From Dimorphilus gyrociliatus (Eukaryota; Animalia; Annelida), in contig CAJFCJ010000020.1 of the NCBI GenBank assembly GCA_904063045.1, positions 186,001 through 250,000 of the forward strand: DNA of 64,000 bases, written 5' to 3'. Below are positions 1 to 12,611 of this stretch, piece after piece. Position numbers and translations under genes: made by a program. The notes beneath the pieces are model-generated. The model did not search any database. It saw nothing but the letters and a program-made list of their open reading frames with translations, and was not told the DNA's origin. Within the stretch, counting starts at the first letter, position 1. Each line of letters opens with the position of its first letter.

Positions 1-3000
1 CTCGTCGTGGCATTGAATCAGGGGAAGAATGAAAGACAATCTCCGCTTCGTAGTTGGACACTATTATTGTGTTTTTACCTAAATCCCCGCAATCTTTAAA
101 AACTATTTTTCTCGTTGTTCGATCAACAATTTGCATGTAATCATTACATTTTCCACCGTTTTTTACTCCTACGAGAAAGTCGTGTATAATTATTCTAATT
201 CTCTGTCTCTTTTGAACGGTTATTAACCAATAACACTTCGTACCCGTTCCATATGAGTTGGGATAGTTATATGACTGAATGTACCCCTTTCTCATTAGAG
301 CCGGACTACCCATACCCTCACACTTCTTATGAATTTGAGAATCTGAAATAGGAATAAAATATTTCAAATAGGAATAAATTGTAAAAGAAAGCCAAAAAAT
401 TCTAGATAAAAGAGAAAAAAATCATTTTCCAGTCAACAAAAATGACAGAGAACTTGCAGTGAGCTTTGTTTTCACCTATAACCCCCTGCTATATGACCTG
501 TGAAAAGCAACAATGACGCGTGACGAGCTAGGGCCTCGAATGGCTGAATCGCCCAAAAGAGCTAGAAAAAGAGGGGGGGTTATGAGGAGGGTGGAGGGAC
601 GATTGAAGGGAAAAGTTGCTTCTAATCAACGAGAAAAAAATCGAAACGAATTACATAACTATATAGTTTTCGATATTTTTTCCTCGTCAAGCACGCAACA
701 TTCGAGTTGGAAAATGAATGGAACTTTGGACAATTACGCGACATTAGCGGGCGTCAATTACTCGTTTAACTTTTCATCGCTAGATGCCAGCACAAGGGTT
801 GCCTTTCCCTAGCAAAAAAAACAAACCCAGCAATTTTGAACAATCACGTTTGACAAACATACCGTTGACGCAAGTGTAAAAGACTTGCAGAAATTCCTTA
901 TATCCGCATGGATCTCGTTTAAACGTATGTTGATTCACAAATATTTCGCATTTTCGTCGTCCAGTACACATCTTATTCATCTTGTACCAGACTTTCATGC
1001 TGCACTGATGATCCATCGGAGTCCTACATTCCTTAGCATATCCAGAATGATTGCGACCGTAGAAGGCGTCGTTAATTAGTAGCGTTTGGTTCGAACGGCA
1101 TAGTAACGTCATAGCCTGTCCTTCGCAAGCAAATTCTTCTTTGGCCGTTGCTATATGAAAGGGAATAAAGAGAAAGTCTTATTAATTAGGCAGGTGGAAT
1201 ACGGCCAGAAACGGCTATCGACCGTGAAAAAATCTAGTCTATAAAACTTGTGTCGACGCTTTGACCTTATTGGTGGCGGAAGTTCGCAGGCGTCGAGCAC
1301 TCGCCGGTTATAAGTAAAGATCAATGGATAGGAGGGGAAAATAATTATTTCAATGACGTGCCAAAAGAAAGGCGAGAGAACATGCTATGTCTCTTCTTAT
1401 CCTACTTTTCCTTTTTTCTTTTTTTACCCAACCATTATCCTCCAGGAGAGGATAGGGAAAATCACAATTAGAATTCAAATAACAAAAATCTACATTTTTT
1501 TGGACACGCTTCCGGTAGAATAGCATCTAATCAATAAACATAAGCAAAAAGCATCAAAGGGAATTAGCTTATAAAAAAAGGGTCTATGTGCATGAGATTA
1601 GCATCGTCTGCGCTACGTATAGGTGCAATGAGTTTCATATAGATTATACGGTACAGTCGTACTTTATATTTTTGCCATTGATCAGTCTATCGAAAGCAAA
1701 TAAGATGGTTGGTAAGCCTACAGACTTTTAATGCAGACAATTATGAAAATAGATCAAATTTCGGTATTTAATAATTGACAGCTAAGTGTACAGCAAAAGC
1801 AGTATCAATTCATATCGAATTCGTAGTTTTGTTGTTAAAATCTGTAAATTATTAAGCAAAGAGAGTTCCCGTAAAATTCTACGGTTTCGCATCAACGCCT
1901 ATTTACATTAGTACTGGTTTTCATCTCAACAACAGCGTAAGAGATTAATTAAAGAATCCGCAACGTATTCGGTATCACCTATTTATACATAGTAAGCGAA
2001 AATTAAGAGGAGACAGGTGAAATTATTATACTCCTAATACCTCATTTTTGGGATAGGAAAACAGTTGGTATGCATCAATTCAACACTTGTTTTTCCCTTA
2101 TGGCACCTCCCTGCTCGATTCAGTTGGTACTGGGTACAGGTGCGTCTAATATATGCGGTGTTCTCATTAATTCTATCAAATACAATTAAGTTTGTCCTTT
2201 CAATTTTTTACCAGGTCCCGGGTATATCTTTCTCTAGCGGATAACGATATAAAGGAATTCTAGACGCTTCCTAACGCCTATTAACTCTTTTTTCCTGCCT
2301 TATCAACTGGGTCAGTTTATAAATAAAACCGTGCTTGGAGAAACAAATAAGTGAAAGAAAAATTTGTTAAGAGTATATAATTAAACGCCAGATTGCGAAT
2401 CAATCAAAAATTTTTTCACTATTCGACTCTGTAATCAACTTCCACATGGGTCTCGTATATGATTTCATATCGACGAGACGGTACGTGAGAGAAATATTCC
2501 CTTCAGCATATTCTGCACGGACACAGCCTTCTTCCAGGCCAGTTCGCTCTTAAGGGCGGAGAATTTTCTTTACATTACTAGCCGGATTTGAGGAACGGAT
2601 TACATCCACGTCATCCTTGCGTCAGAAAGAGAAAAAAAGACATTCCGCTTATTCAACGCTTTTTCTCGCCCTATATACGATTTTTTCCATCTGTTCCCAA
2701 AAGGCTTGTAAACCTAATAACCGCATGACCTTTACTAACATTTACAATAGCAAGAGCCTAATTTCAACATTGTAAACAATATGAAAATGAATTGAGAGGA
2801 AACATTTAACTACGATTAAATAATTGAAAAGCTATCGTGGCTCTGTCGACTATATTATAGCATTTTAATCATTACTCCTAGATCGTAATCCGACAAATCC
2901 TAGATATTGGGCAGCTGCAAAACGACGGGCGTTCGTTTTTTTTATTATTAAAGCTTATGAAATTTTTATGGAGTACTTTTAATATAGTCCACACTACAAT

Positions 3001-6000
3001 AATAGAACAGTTATACGTTTTAAAAATACATATAGATATATGTACAGTATATATAAAATTGATTATTGGATAGAAAGTGTTATCATTAATTTTATTATTC
3101 TTTCATTTATTCAGATATATGTCTACCAAGTAATGTATATCATTAAAATTGTGTTCATGCCACAGCATACTAATGTACCCACAATGTACCCATTTTACAT
3201 AGTCGCCCACGTACTCGTTTGGCATATAGCGCATCAAAATGATTAAGATTACAAAATTGCGTGCGTCGACGCCTAGGAACAATACCTATAACTATATATA
3301 AAAATGATTCTTTAATCTAGAAATAAGGTAATTCTCCAGAAGTAGGAGGAGTCTGACAAACAAAAAATATCTATTTCGCTTAAGTAAACGGAGAGAGTAA
3401 ATTGGGCGAACGGACGATCATAAAAGTTTCACGACAACTCTGCATGTGACGTCTCTTGGCCCGTGGCGTCAATCAGACCGTCAGGTGCAGGCGAGAAGGC
3501 GTCTCTAGAGACGCTAGATGCTTTTATGACGTCCTTTTCTTATGTTTAACCGATTTTACGCTGGTTTTCTGTGAAGTCAGCCAATCGTCAATGAGTAGGT
3601 CGTCGGAGCTAATTGCTTTCGGTTTTAAGAGGGAGGAGGGCTTTATTTCCGTTATAGTTTCCTCCTCGTTTCTCGTACGATTTCAGGAAAACACTCAAAA
3701 TGATACCACAGGATGACATACTGAATAAATAACCCCAATGGCAGAGCAAATACTCGACCTTTCACAACTCGTAAAAAAGTCTATTCAAACTAATTACGTA
3801 ACTTAAAAAGATAATAAGGTCTGCCTATTATAACTCTAAAGTTTCCTAACGCTTCCTTAGATCTTTACTTTCTAGCTTCCCTTTCCATCTTCTTTTCTAT
3901 TCTCTTCTACACAAAAGTCTTTTTTCCATAAGACAGATACGTGATAGTTTTTTTTTTTAAAAAAAAAATAAAATTTATTGCGCATTGCAGTCCGATACTT
4001 TTTACGACCTTTAATCCCTTGTTTACAACCTCTAATATAAAGTTACTCAAATATCAAACTATATGTAACTGTAATCGAATAAAATGAATGATTCATGTAT
4101 GATTACCATTTAATTATTCAAAAGAGACCTCGTAAAATTCCATTTTAGTATCATCTCCTCGTATTTCATTTTTCAAGATAATACGTATTCCGGAGATATA
4201 TACCTCAAAAGGAATTGTCTCTGGTGTTCAGTAAAACGCCTAGCCAATAAGCGGATAAAGAAAGAGTTAATGTAACGAAGCGAGTGAAAGAATGCCCTTA
4301 AAATAGCGTGTGATTCGAATAATGAACAAGTAAAAAGAACGAAAAGCCCGAATGTGACGTCGCCCACGGAAATGAAGTTGACTGTAGCTAAGAGCCGGCA
4401 TTCGAAGTCTTAGGCCTATATTTTCGTTAAGGATTATCTACAAATTTTTGGCGAAACATGAATCTACATGTCGAATTCGACAACTATACCGCCAATATTT
4501 ACTATCCAATTCGTGTTAGTAGTCACAATCAAACGTATAATAAGTCGCGTTCAACCGAAATAATTCATCGATCAATTATTCAAGAAAAAGCGCGTGATTT
4601 GCTCCAAATTATAAAATTCGATAGCGTAAAAAAAGTCAATGATCCCCGAGGATCTTCGCTTTTTCAAAAGAGAATTAAGAACGTCGATTCCTGCCTCTTT
4701 CCTTTCCAGCCTTTTCTTATTCATTTATTATATATTGGTTTGCTGATCCTGAGATCGGAATGAGTAAAATACGCGTACGTTTACTACTCTACAATAATTA
4801 ATATCGAATAGAAGAGATAAAGCCCCCTAAGTGCTTTTCATAAGAGATATTTGCTTTATAAGGTCAAGCTGTGGGAGTGGGATCTTTCGTTTTCTTTTTA
4901 ATAACAACACTAAATATTTTTAATAATTTTCAATTTGGAAATAAAAATAAGATTAAAAAAAAAAGCTAGTTAAAAAGAAAAATAACCTTCAGGATCGATA
5001 TAAGCGAAAATCTTATTTACAATTCGGCGGCGCGAATTGGCGGATTGAAAACGAAACTTTGATTAAATATTGTTTAATCCGAATCGAACGAGCCACTTTT
5101 AAACGGGGATTTTTTCGTCAGACTCCCGCGAGTCTGGTCTACAATTATATGGCATTCAGTTTGTAAGGAGGGAGAAAAAATTACATCTTCGTTTAGCGTT
5201 CTATTCGGAACATCGATTGCTATTGCCATATTTTTTCATTCTATTTATTCGGCCTACAAACGGGGCACCATAGACGTCTAAGCAAAGAATATTCTCTAGA
5301 GGAGTATCGTTCTTCTTAGGCCTAAAGGCCGCCTCTTTACTCTTCCCATCTTTTTTTTATAAGCACTTTTTATGGATTAATACACTATATATAGATAACC
5401 TTAAACGGTTATGCAAACGACGAAAAGAGTGACTGCATCAGTATTCGTAAACTAGTGTAAGGACCATAAACGAGACAATAGAGAATAGAGAAAGCAGAGA
5501 GCGAGGCAGTTTGTACGCTGTTCATTATATGATCAGAAGCGAATTACGAGTAGGCCTTTTGTCTGTTAAATCTATTTTTTATGTAGTTACAATCGTCACG
5601 GAACGCGTCATGCCGTGTTAGTGAAGTGGTTTTATTACTGCTATTGCTCATTTTTTATCTGTGAAGGAGATGAGTTAAATTGTCAAAAAGCATAAAAATA
5701 AGAGGAAGGGTTGGGTAACTTTATTTGTCCATAAAAAAACCACAACTATTCCCTTTCTGTTTTACTTATTTCCTGTTACGCTAATAACCATATATATTCA
5801 TTATCAACCTAAAAAAGCACACAAAGAGCTTTACATGTGTTACTCCAAGCCAATTTTGGTTTTGTATATGCAAGGATTCTCTCTTATTTAGAGAAAAAAG
5901 GTGCTAAATAGTTGCTTACGGCTTAGACACTCGTATTGATCTCTAAAGAGCATTTTCATTAAACTTTGCATCACTCATTAATTATTACTAAATATTATAT

Positions 6001-7442
6001 ATATTTTATTAGTTATGGCTGTCTAGAACAAATAGCCCGTTATGGGAAGAGGGCCCTTATCTTAACACTAGAGGCGCTACAGCTTGAAATCAAAATTTTA
6101 CTAGAACTGTTGTCTTGGGGATAAACTATATTTTGGCCTCCAACATATTTCGCTTGTATTTATATATGACATAAAAAAACCCCAGGCGACCTCACAACGA
6201 CTTTCATCATAAACATTCCATTACGGCGGATCGAATATTCTGTTGACATATAGTCGGCCTCGATTATGATAAGAGCATTCCAATGTTCACGGGACGTTTT
6301 GCTGCATATTTACACTTCTGCAAAATATTCTAAAGCACTATTATTTTATTACTCAACAACCGCTTTTCGCGCTATTTACATTCGATTCGCGTTCGGAGGT
6401 TTTATTGCTTCCAACTGCAAAACGATCCTTAGGCCTATATCAGTAAAACTGCGGGATATGTTGGCGAGCACTAGGTAATTTTTCAGGTTTTATTTTTAAA
6501 AAGTCAATAAAAGGCAACCGATTCGGTACAAAAAATGCACCGAGCCATGAACTATCAGTAAAAGTTGGCGTTTGTTAATGAATTTGTGTCTCAATTATAT
6601 ATCTATGAAAGGTGAGATCCATCAGCTGTTTGGTATAAGTAGTAAACGAGCATTCCTTCCATTTTAAACTCAGTTACATCCAGTTAGCAATGTTTTGAAA
6701 GACTGATACGTTTGTAGTGATATATATATACAGTATATATAGTATATATGATAATATATTAGTATTATATATGTATATATATATATATATGTTTAAGAGT
6801 GACAAAGTTCTAAATTACTTTCCATAATACTGATTTTATACTATTAACTGGGTCAACAATACGGATTATCAACCATTTATTTTATTTTTATTTAAATCCC
6901 TCCAAGTGAAATAAAGATCCGCTTATGGTAATAAGTTTTTTGTTATGATTCAATGAAACTAACACTGTTAACAAAGCAAGGCTAAGTATCCAATTATTAG
7001 TTATATCTTTAACTATCGTTACATAACACTTCAAGTTTGAAGGTTTGAAATACATTTTATCAAATAACTCTCACAGATTTTGGCATTTTTATCAATTATC
7101 ACTAGAAGTATGTATAGACACGTCCGGGTTAATGCTTAAATTTGTCTATTCGTAATTAAAAAGTTACGGAGAGGGCGACGATTAATTAAAAAAATAGTAG
7201 CTCATTAGCTAAGTCAACAAGATTGTATTGATCTATTTACCATCTATTAACGAATATTTTTCAAAGTAATAAACAGTTAACGATTTGTGGATTAACAGCC
7301 TAATTCTACGATTATTTATTGATTTTTAAGCAACTTTTCTATCTCGAGCGTTTTATTCAATATTAGTATTGAAAAGCTAAAAAAAAAGGATCTACATACC
7401 TGTATAGAAATAGATCACCAAAACAACAACGAAACGATTCAT
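1..7442 (-). CDS. Secreted SUEL (galactose/rhamnose-binding) lectin + CUB domain protein, 3'-partial; exons 7442-7400, 1150-863, 342-<1
   Basis: Exon 1 encodes the signal peptide MNRFVVVLVIYFYT and ends G|gtatgt. Exon 2 starts atatag|CA and encodes ATAKEEFACEGQAMTLLCRSNQTLLINDAFYGR...CTGRRKCEIFVNQHTFKRDPCGYKEFLQVFYTCVN (SUEL Cys pattern), ending G|gtatgt. Exon 3 starts tttcag|AT and encodes KCEG...GYIQSYNYPNSYGTGTKCYWLITVQKRQRIRIIIHDF...CNDYMQIVD...CG...IVFHS (CUB pattern). All junctions are phase 1 and consistent. Linking exon 1 across 6.2 kb is inferred. Confidence 0.8.
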
Positions 7443-7629
7443 TTTTAACTAAATGACATTCTCTCGGTTTATTAATTAAATTCTTTCTTCCCAGAGATGG
7501 TTAAAAGAGTCTAATAAACTTGTTTACAGTTCGTCTTCACTTCCAGAATAGACACATGGCTCCAGACAGTTTTGAACTTCGTATGCGGCCTTTGTGAAAT
7601 TTGTTTTACTGCAAGGACACCTATCGGCT

Positions 7630-7655
7630 ACTTCCGGGTAACGCTTGTGACGTCA
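7630..7655. promoter_or_regulatory. ETS-like (ACTTCCGG, 7630-7637) and full CRE (TGACGTCA, 7648-7655) motifs between divergent genes
   Basis: Both motifs are read directly in a locally GC-richer patch ~200 nt upstream of the lectin-CUB ATG. Function is inferred. Confidence 0.3.
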
Positions 7656-8740
7656 TCTATCGGACGGTTTAAATTTCTCATTTTATCTATTTATATATAC
7701 ATTTAATATAGGCTTTTTATTTATATCTTTATTTCTATGAAAATTGGATTTGCCTAGTTGTTGGTAGAGAATTAGATAAACAAGTCAAGCTTAGCATACA
7801 AAATACATATATAGCGAATTCGTTGATCTGACGAATATTCTAGACAATTACTTTCTGCTTGATATTTAGAAATGTACTAAAAGTATTACTGGATAAAGAA
7901 ACCTTTCTCTATTTGATTTATAATGGTTTCGTATATAGTATATATAAATATATATATATATATATAAATTTATATACTGTATATACTGTATACACTGTAT
8001 GTGTATATATATTTATATATTGTATGAACTATTTATAGAAAGCAAGAACAAACTAATTTATTCAATCGTAAAATTATTTTTGATTACGTAAAGGAAAAGA
8101 ACAAAGAGGATTTTTGTTTCACGTGAAAATCAATGTTATTCATTCTCTTTGGCTTAGCAATGTATTATTTGTTTTAGGATGGATCCTTGAGTGATAAGTT
8201 ATTAAGTATTTGAAATGTTTTACTCACAATCTAGCCATTATTCATTAAAAAGGTACGCGTTATATGTCCTCCTTTTGTTACTTTGTATTCTAATATCATT
8301 TAAAAAATAGACCTAGCCTTTCGCCCCAGCCTGTATAAACATTTTAGCGAAAGTCCATTTCTCGACTTCTCAGTTTCTCATATCCGACTAATGTTGTATA
8401 TCTTATATCGTAAATAAGGCTTAGAATATACAAGATGTCAGTTATATCCAAAGCGGAAAAATTTACGACGTTTGATAAAAGCAATGCAAAGTAATCAAAA
8501 AAGTATACTGCAGAGACTTTAATTAAGTCAAATTTCACTGTAGGAAAGTACCTGTCACGCAAAACCGAATAAGACTGCTTTAAAATTGAATATTCCCGCT
8601 TTTCCCGGACACGGTATTTTTAAATTGAGTACTATCCGTTTCGGAGAATAACCATATATGTCAATAGAAAAGTGATAGTAGTACTATCTTCCGCTGATAT
8701 GTTCGATAGGATTATTTTTAGCTTTGAGAAAAGATAAATT

Positions 8741-9592
8741 ATGACTCAGACAATTGCTTTTTTATTCCTTTTTTATCAGTATTTAACAGGTAATCGTCAA
8801 TGAAACTACAATTATCACTTATCTATGAGCGATAATATGACCGTTTACAGTCAATGATAAATTGTATTTTCAGCTGGAACAGTTGAACTCATTAAACCCG
8901 GTCAACCATTTTACTGGCAAATTGGGACACCGTTAAAAATTCAATGTGTATCATCTGCTGACGAAGTAGAAGAGCTACAGATTAAAACTGTGCTAGACAC
9001 TGGAAGCATGGTTGTTAAAGCGTCTAAAGAAAAGAAAATTAATACTCAATATGTGGAAGTTCAGCCAGATAACTTGAGAAATCTCTCAGCAATTTTTAGT
9101 GAATTACGACCAGGCTCAAAACGCTTAGAATTTTTTTGTACTGTTGGATCAACAGTAGATTTTGTAGAAATATTCCCATTTAATCTTACTACCTCAATAA
9201 CGCAAGTACGGGGAAAAGATACATCAGCCGATCTAAAGTGTCGAGCAACTTTTTCGGATACTTCGAATATACAACTTAAAGTTGCCAATGCTTATTGGAA
9301 AATTGGAGAACAGACTATATTGCATAATAAAAGTATGGGGAAATATAAACCCAAGTTATTACAAAACCCAAGAGAAGCCATCCTCGATCTTCGAATAGAA
9401 AAAGTTGTTCATAAAGATGCTGGTAATTATACATGCATATTTGAAATGTCTTCCCGTGTTAATTTTACAGGAGTTGCTGTATTGAATTCAGACTTATCAC
9501 CTGCAGATTCAGGGTATCCTATGCATCGTATAACTACTGCATTACTCATTTTACCAACTGTAGTTTATGTGTTTGCCACTAGGTGTTGCTGA
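8741..9592 (+). CDS. Two-Ig-domain cell-surface protein, probable GPI anchor (~255 aa); exons 8741-8789, 8874-9592
   Basis: Signal peptide MTQTIAFLFLFYQYLTA; 84-nt intron (G|gtaatc...tttcag|CT). Two Cys pairs; the second domain has Ig hallmarks LKC...YWK...LDLRIEKVVHKDAGNYTC. Hydrophobic C-terminus (ITTALLILPTVVYVFATRCC) with no cytoplasmic tail. Confidence 0.85.
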
Positions 9593-11007
9593 GTGTCTCT
9601 CCCAACTTAGTTTTTTTTTACAATTATTTTTAACTGCCGTGCTTCTAAGTGACAAGTTGATATCATTTAACTTATTTTAATATGCATTTATATATACATA
9701 TATAAATAGTACAATTGATGTATTTGTCAAAAACATTCGAGTGCAATTTGTGTGGAATTCTTCTAATAATTTCATATTTTTATTTTAAAATTAAGTACTT
9801 AAATATTGACGTAAAATGTAAAGTTAGAATTTACATTTATTCATTATAGATTTCTTAAAATATTTATATACAAGAACAGAGATATATATATATATATATT
9901 CATAGGAATTTATATACATATGCAATGTATGTACATATATATATATATATATATATAAAGTATATTGATATATATTTACATACATATATATATGTATATA
10001 CTTGTATAATTTCATAGTTTTAAATGAGAGTTACTTGTTTCTTAATAAGAAAGCATAGATAGAAAAAAAAAATTTCCTTTATTTACATTATGCCTTTTTT
10101 AAGGAATGTGGGAAATTCTCTGATTTGAGAATTCAGTTTGCTTGAACCAATATAATGACCAGATTATGGGCCTGTCCCTAATTCAATCAAATAATGTTGA
10201 TCATAACAGAATTTTACGGTCGTGATAATTACGGACTATGGAAGATTATTATAGGGAGGCTTAACCTTATATCCGTTACAAAGTTTTTCAAAGGCCCGTC
10301 AAGTATTTTATTATCTATAAGCCCACTACCGAACATAATTTTTTACTGTTTTACGTTCTTTTCTTATCTTTTCTATTGATATTAAACTGCAATAAAAATT
10401 TTGCTGGTATTGAATAAAATAAAAGCCTGTTAAAATGCTTTTGAATAAGCTTATGAAAAAGCCTATTTAGTTTTAGAGTAAAAAGGAAAAGAAAAGCCTA
10501 AATGATTTTAATTCATGTACATAAAAAGATTGAACGTTTATCGATCTATTGAAGTTTTTGATAACGATTATGTAAGGGAAGGAATATTATACAAAGCTAT
10601 AGTTTGGATTTCGGTATTAAATGTTTGAAATTGGATTCCAATACGTTATATTATTGATTATTTTGAACAATTGAATACCGAATCAGGATTCGTTTCATTG
10701 TTCCAAGAATTATATAGTTTTTAAACCAAGGCAAATTTTCCAAGTGTTTTTTTCTCAAAATATATAGTGTTAATTGAAAAAGTTGTCATAAAAAGATTAT
10801 TTAGGCCTAATTTATGTCGTTCTCTAAGAGCTTATTGATAGTTGAATTGTTCAATAGGAAATCTAATCGTTTTACCTTCGAATAGCTTAAGGAATTTACA
10901 GCATTAGCCAGTAATGTTATATATGCGAATCACTCGATTTGGCACAAGCGAAGTGAACTGTTTACATAACATTTACATGAAACGTTTTTTAGTAATTAGT
11001 AAAAAGT

Positions 11008-11940
11008 TTACACCATATGTTGATCGCTCTCGTCTATTTCCATTAACATTTCCAAAAATTCGCTTCTACTAGCTGGAGTACATGGGGGCGGACCTCTTGA
11101 CGCCATTCTGCTAGGAGGCGCCCTATCTATTCTATCAGCTTTTCGCCTCAGCATCTTATCTGTAAAGGGTTCTATTACGTCTCTTTCCATGATTCTGCGT
11201 AATTTTGAATTTAACCGCCTGAAATTTGTTGATTCTTTACAACCATTAGATGGCATAGAATACGCCGTTGGCGTTGACGAACACTTCGATAATAATCCAT
11301 CAATACCTCTATTTGCTGTAGTTTTTACTTCCGATATAGCTGGTTGCGAAATGGGTCGTAACGGCTCTGATATTTCTATTGCAGGTGGTGGGGGAGGTGG
11401 AGGTGGAGGCTGGTGACGCAATTTTGCGTCGTCAATTGTAATTACGTTAAGTAGTTCGTTCGACATGGAACGTTTAGGTAGACTAGGTTCTGTATCCTTT
11501 CTGGCATTGCCGAGAGGTGAGACGGCTAATAATATTGGCCGATTAGTAGGCCGAAGAGAAAAAGTAGATGATGGCCGATTTTCGTTTAATCTTGGTGGAA
11601 TCGACGGCAGCCAACGGAACCCATGTTCTGCATCAGCAACACCTGGTGGAGTATATTTCAGGAATTTTAATTTTTCGTCAGCTAATTTTTTCTTTTTTCG
11701 CTTTGTACTAGAAGCAAGGGGGGTTTTTGGTGGATCGAGGAGCTTTTCATTCACATCTTCTGTCCATACAGCCATCCTCTGTTGATCTGCAGGCGTCATC
11801 ATATCGACGTTATAAATATCACAATATGAACAGCATTCATCCGCTTTCAAGCGGCGTAGTGGCCGGTCATTCGACGCTGACAGAGAATGTAGCCGAACGT
11901 TATTCTCGCAAAGGGCGTCACTCTGCTGAGTCGCAACCAT
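11008..11940 (-). CDS. Uncharacterised proline-rich, largely disordered protein (310 aa from first ATG; open frame extends upstream to ~12100)
   Basis: A >1 kb open frame with elevated GC in AT-rich surroundings. It contains a CCxxC motif, a basic KRKKKK stretch and a poly-Pro run. No family recognised; start uncertain. Confidence 0.7.
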   Translation of the reverse strand: MVATQQSDALCENNVRLHSLSASNDRPLRRLKADECCSYCDIYNVDMMTPADQQRMAVWTEDVNEKLLDPPKTPLASSTKRKKKKLADEKLKFLKYTPPGVADAEHGFRWLPSIPPRLNENRPSSTFSLRPTNRPILLAVSPLGNARKDTEPSLPKRSMSNELLNVITIDDAKLRHQPPPPPPPPPAIEISEPLRPISQPAISEVKTTANRGIDGLLSKCSSTPTAYSMPSNGCKESTNFRRLNSKLRRIMERDVIEPFTDKMLRRKADRIDRAPPSRMASRGPPPCTPASRSEFLEMLMEIDESDQHMV

Positions 11941-12611
11941 TGTTAGCGTTGTCGTTGGCGACGTTTGGGCGTCTTCTGTCGGCACTCCACCAGTCGCTTT
12001 ATTATACTGAACAAGCCAATACACACTGATCAATCCCTTCTCTGCGAGTGTTCTGATCGATTGGACGGTCAAAATGGTATATTCTAAATGGCACGAACAA
12101 CTATTAATTGTTTGCTTTTACAAATACAATAAAATCCCAATTCCATTTCTGAACAAACACTGGCCACCCTTTGTTCTTTTGGTAAAGAGTGACGAATAAC
12201 TGTTAAATATTTAAAACTAACTTGAAAACCCCTAAATAGCTCTGCTGCTCAATCAATAAGTAACTAAAGGAGGGTGACAATGGAGCAGTGTAATATAAAA
12301 CATTAAAGAGTTGAGCTCATTGATGCTCTTTCTTGTACACTATTACATAATTTAACTATTACTATTGATAAAACATGTGTTATTCAATTGATTGCTAATT
12401 TATTGTCATTTCTCCGATTATTTTAGCCTTAAAACACAAACAAATATACGTATATATTTATTATATTGTGTCAAATAAAATTATGAATATTCATATGTTT
12501 TGTTAAATATCGTTTGTTTAAAAGATTTGCAGGATGTATTCGAAGAGCTTAAGCAGCTGAAAGGAGGTTTTTTATTGGTATATTAAAATTAAAAACTAAA
12601 TAAATAATCAA

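Noticed and set aside
2502-2528. TTCAGCA...CACGGACA, reminiscent of an RE1/NRSE site
   Set aside because: Spacing and right half-site do not match the consensus, and relevance in this lineage is unsupported.
4173-4367. Minus-strand ORF with a signal-peptide-like start and RF/RY words (neuropeptide precursor?)
   Set aside because: It starts at GTG with no ATG, has no Gly-Lys/Arg amidation sites and no repeated peptides, and lies in an intron.
11189-12029. Three plus-strand ORFs opposite the orphan gene
   Set aside because: They are shorter, mirror the GC-rich minus-strand frame (poly-Gly opposite poly-Pro), and have no independent support.
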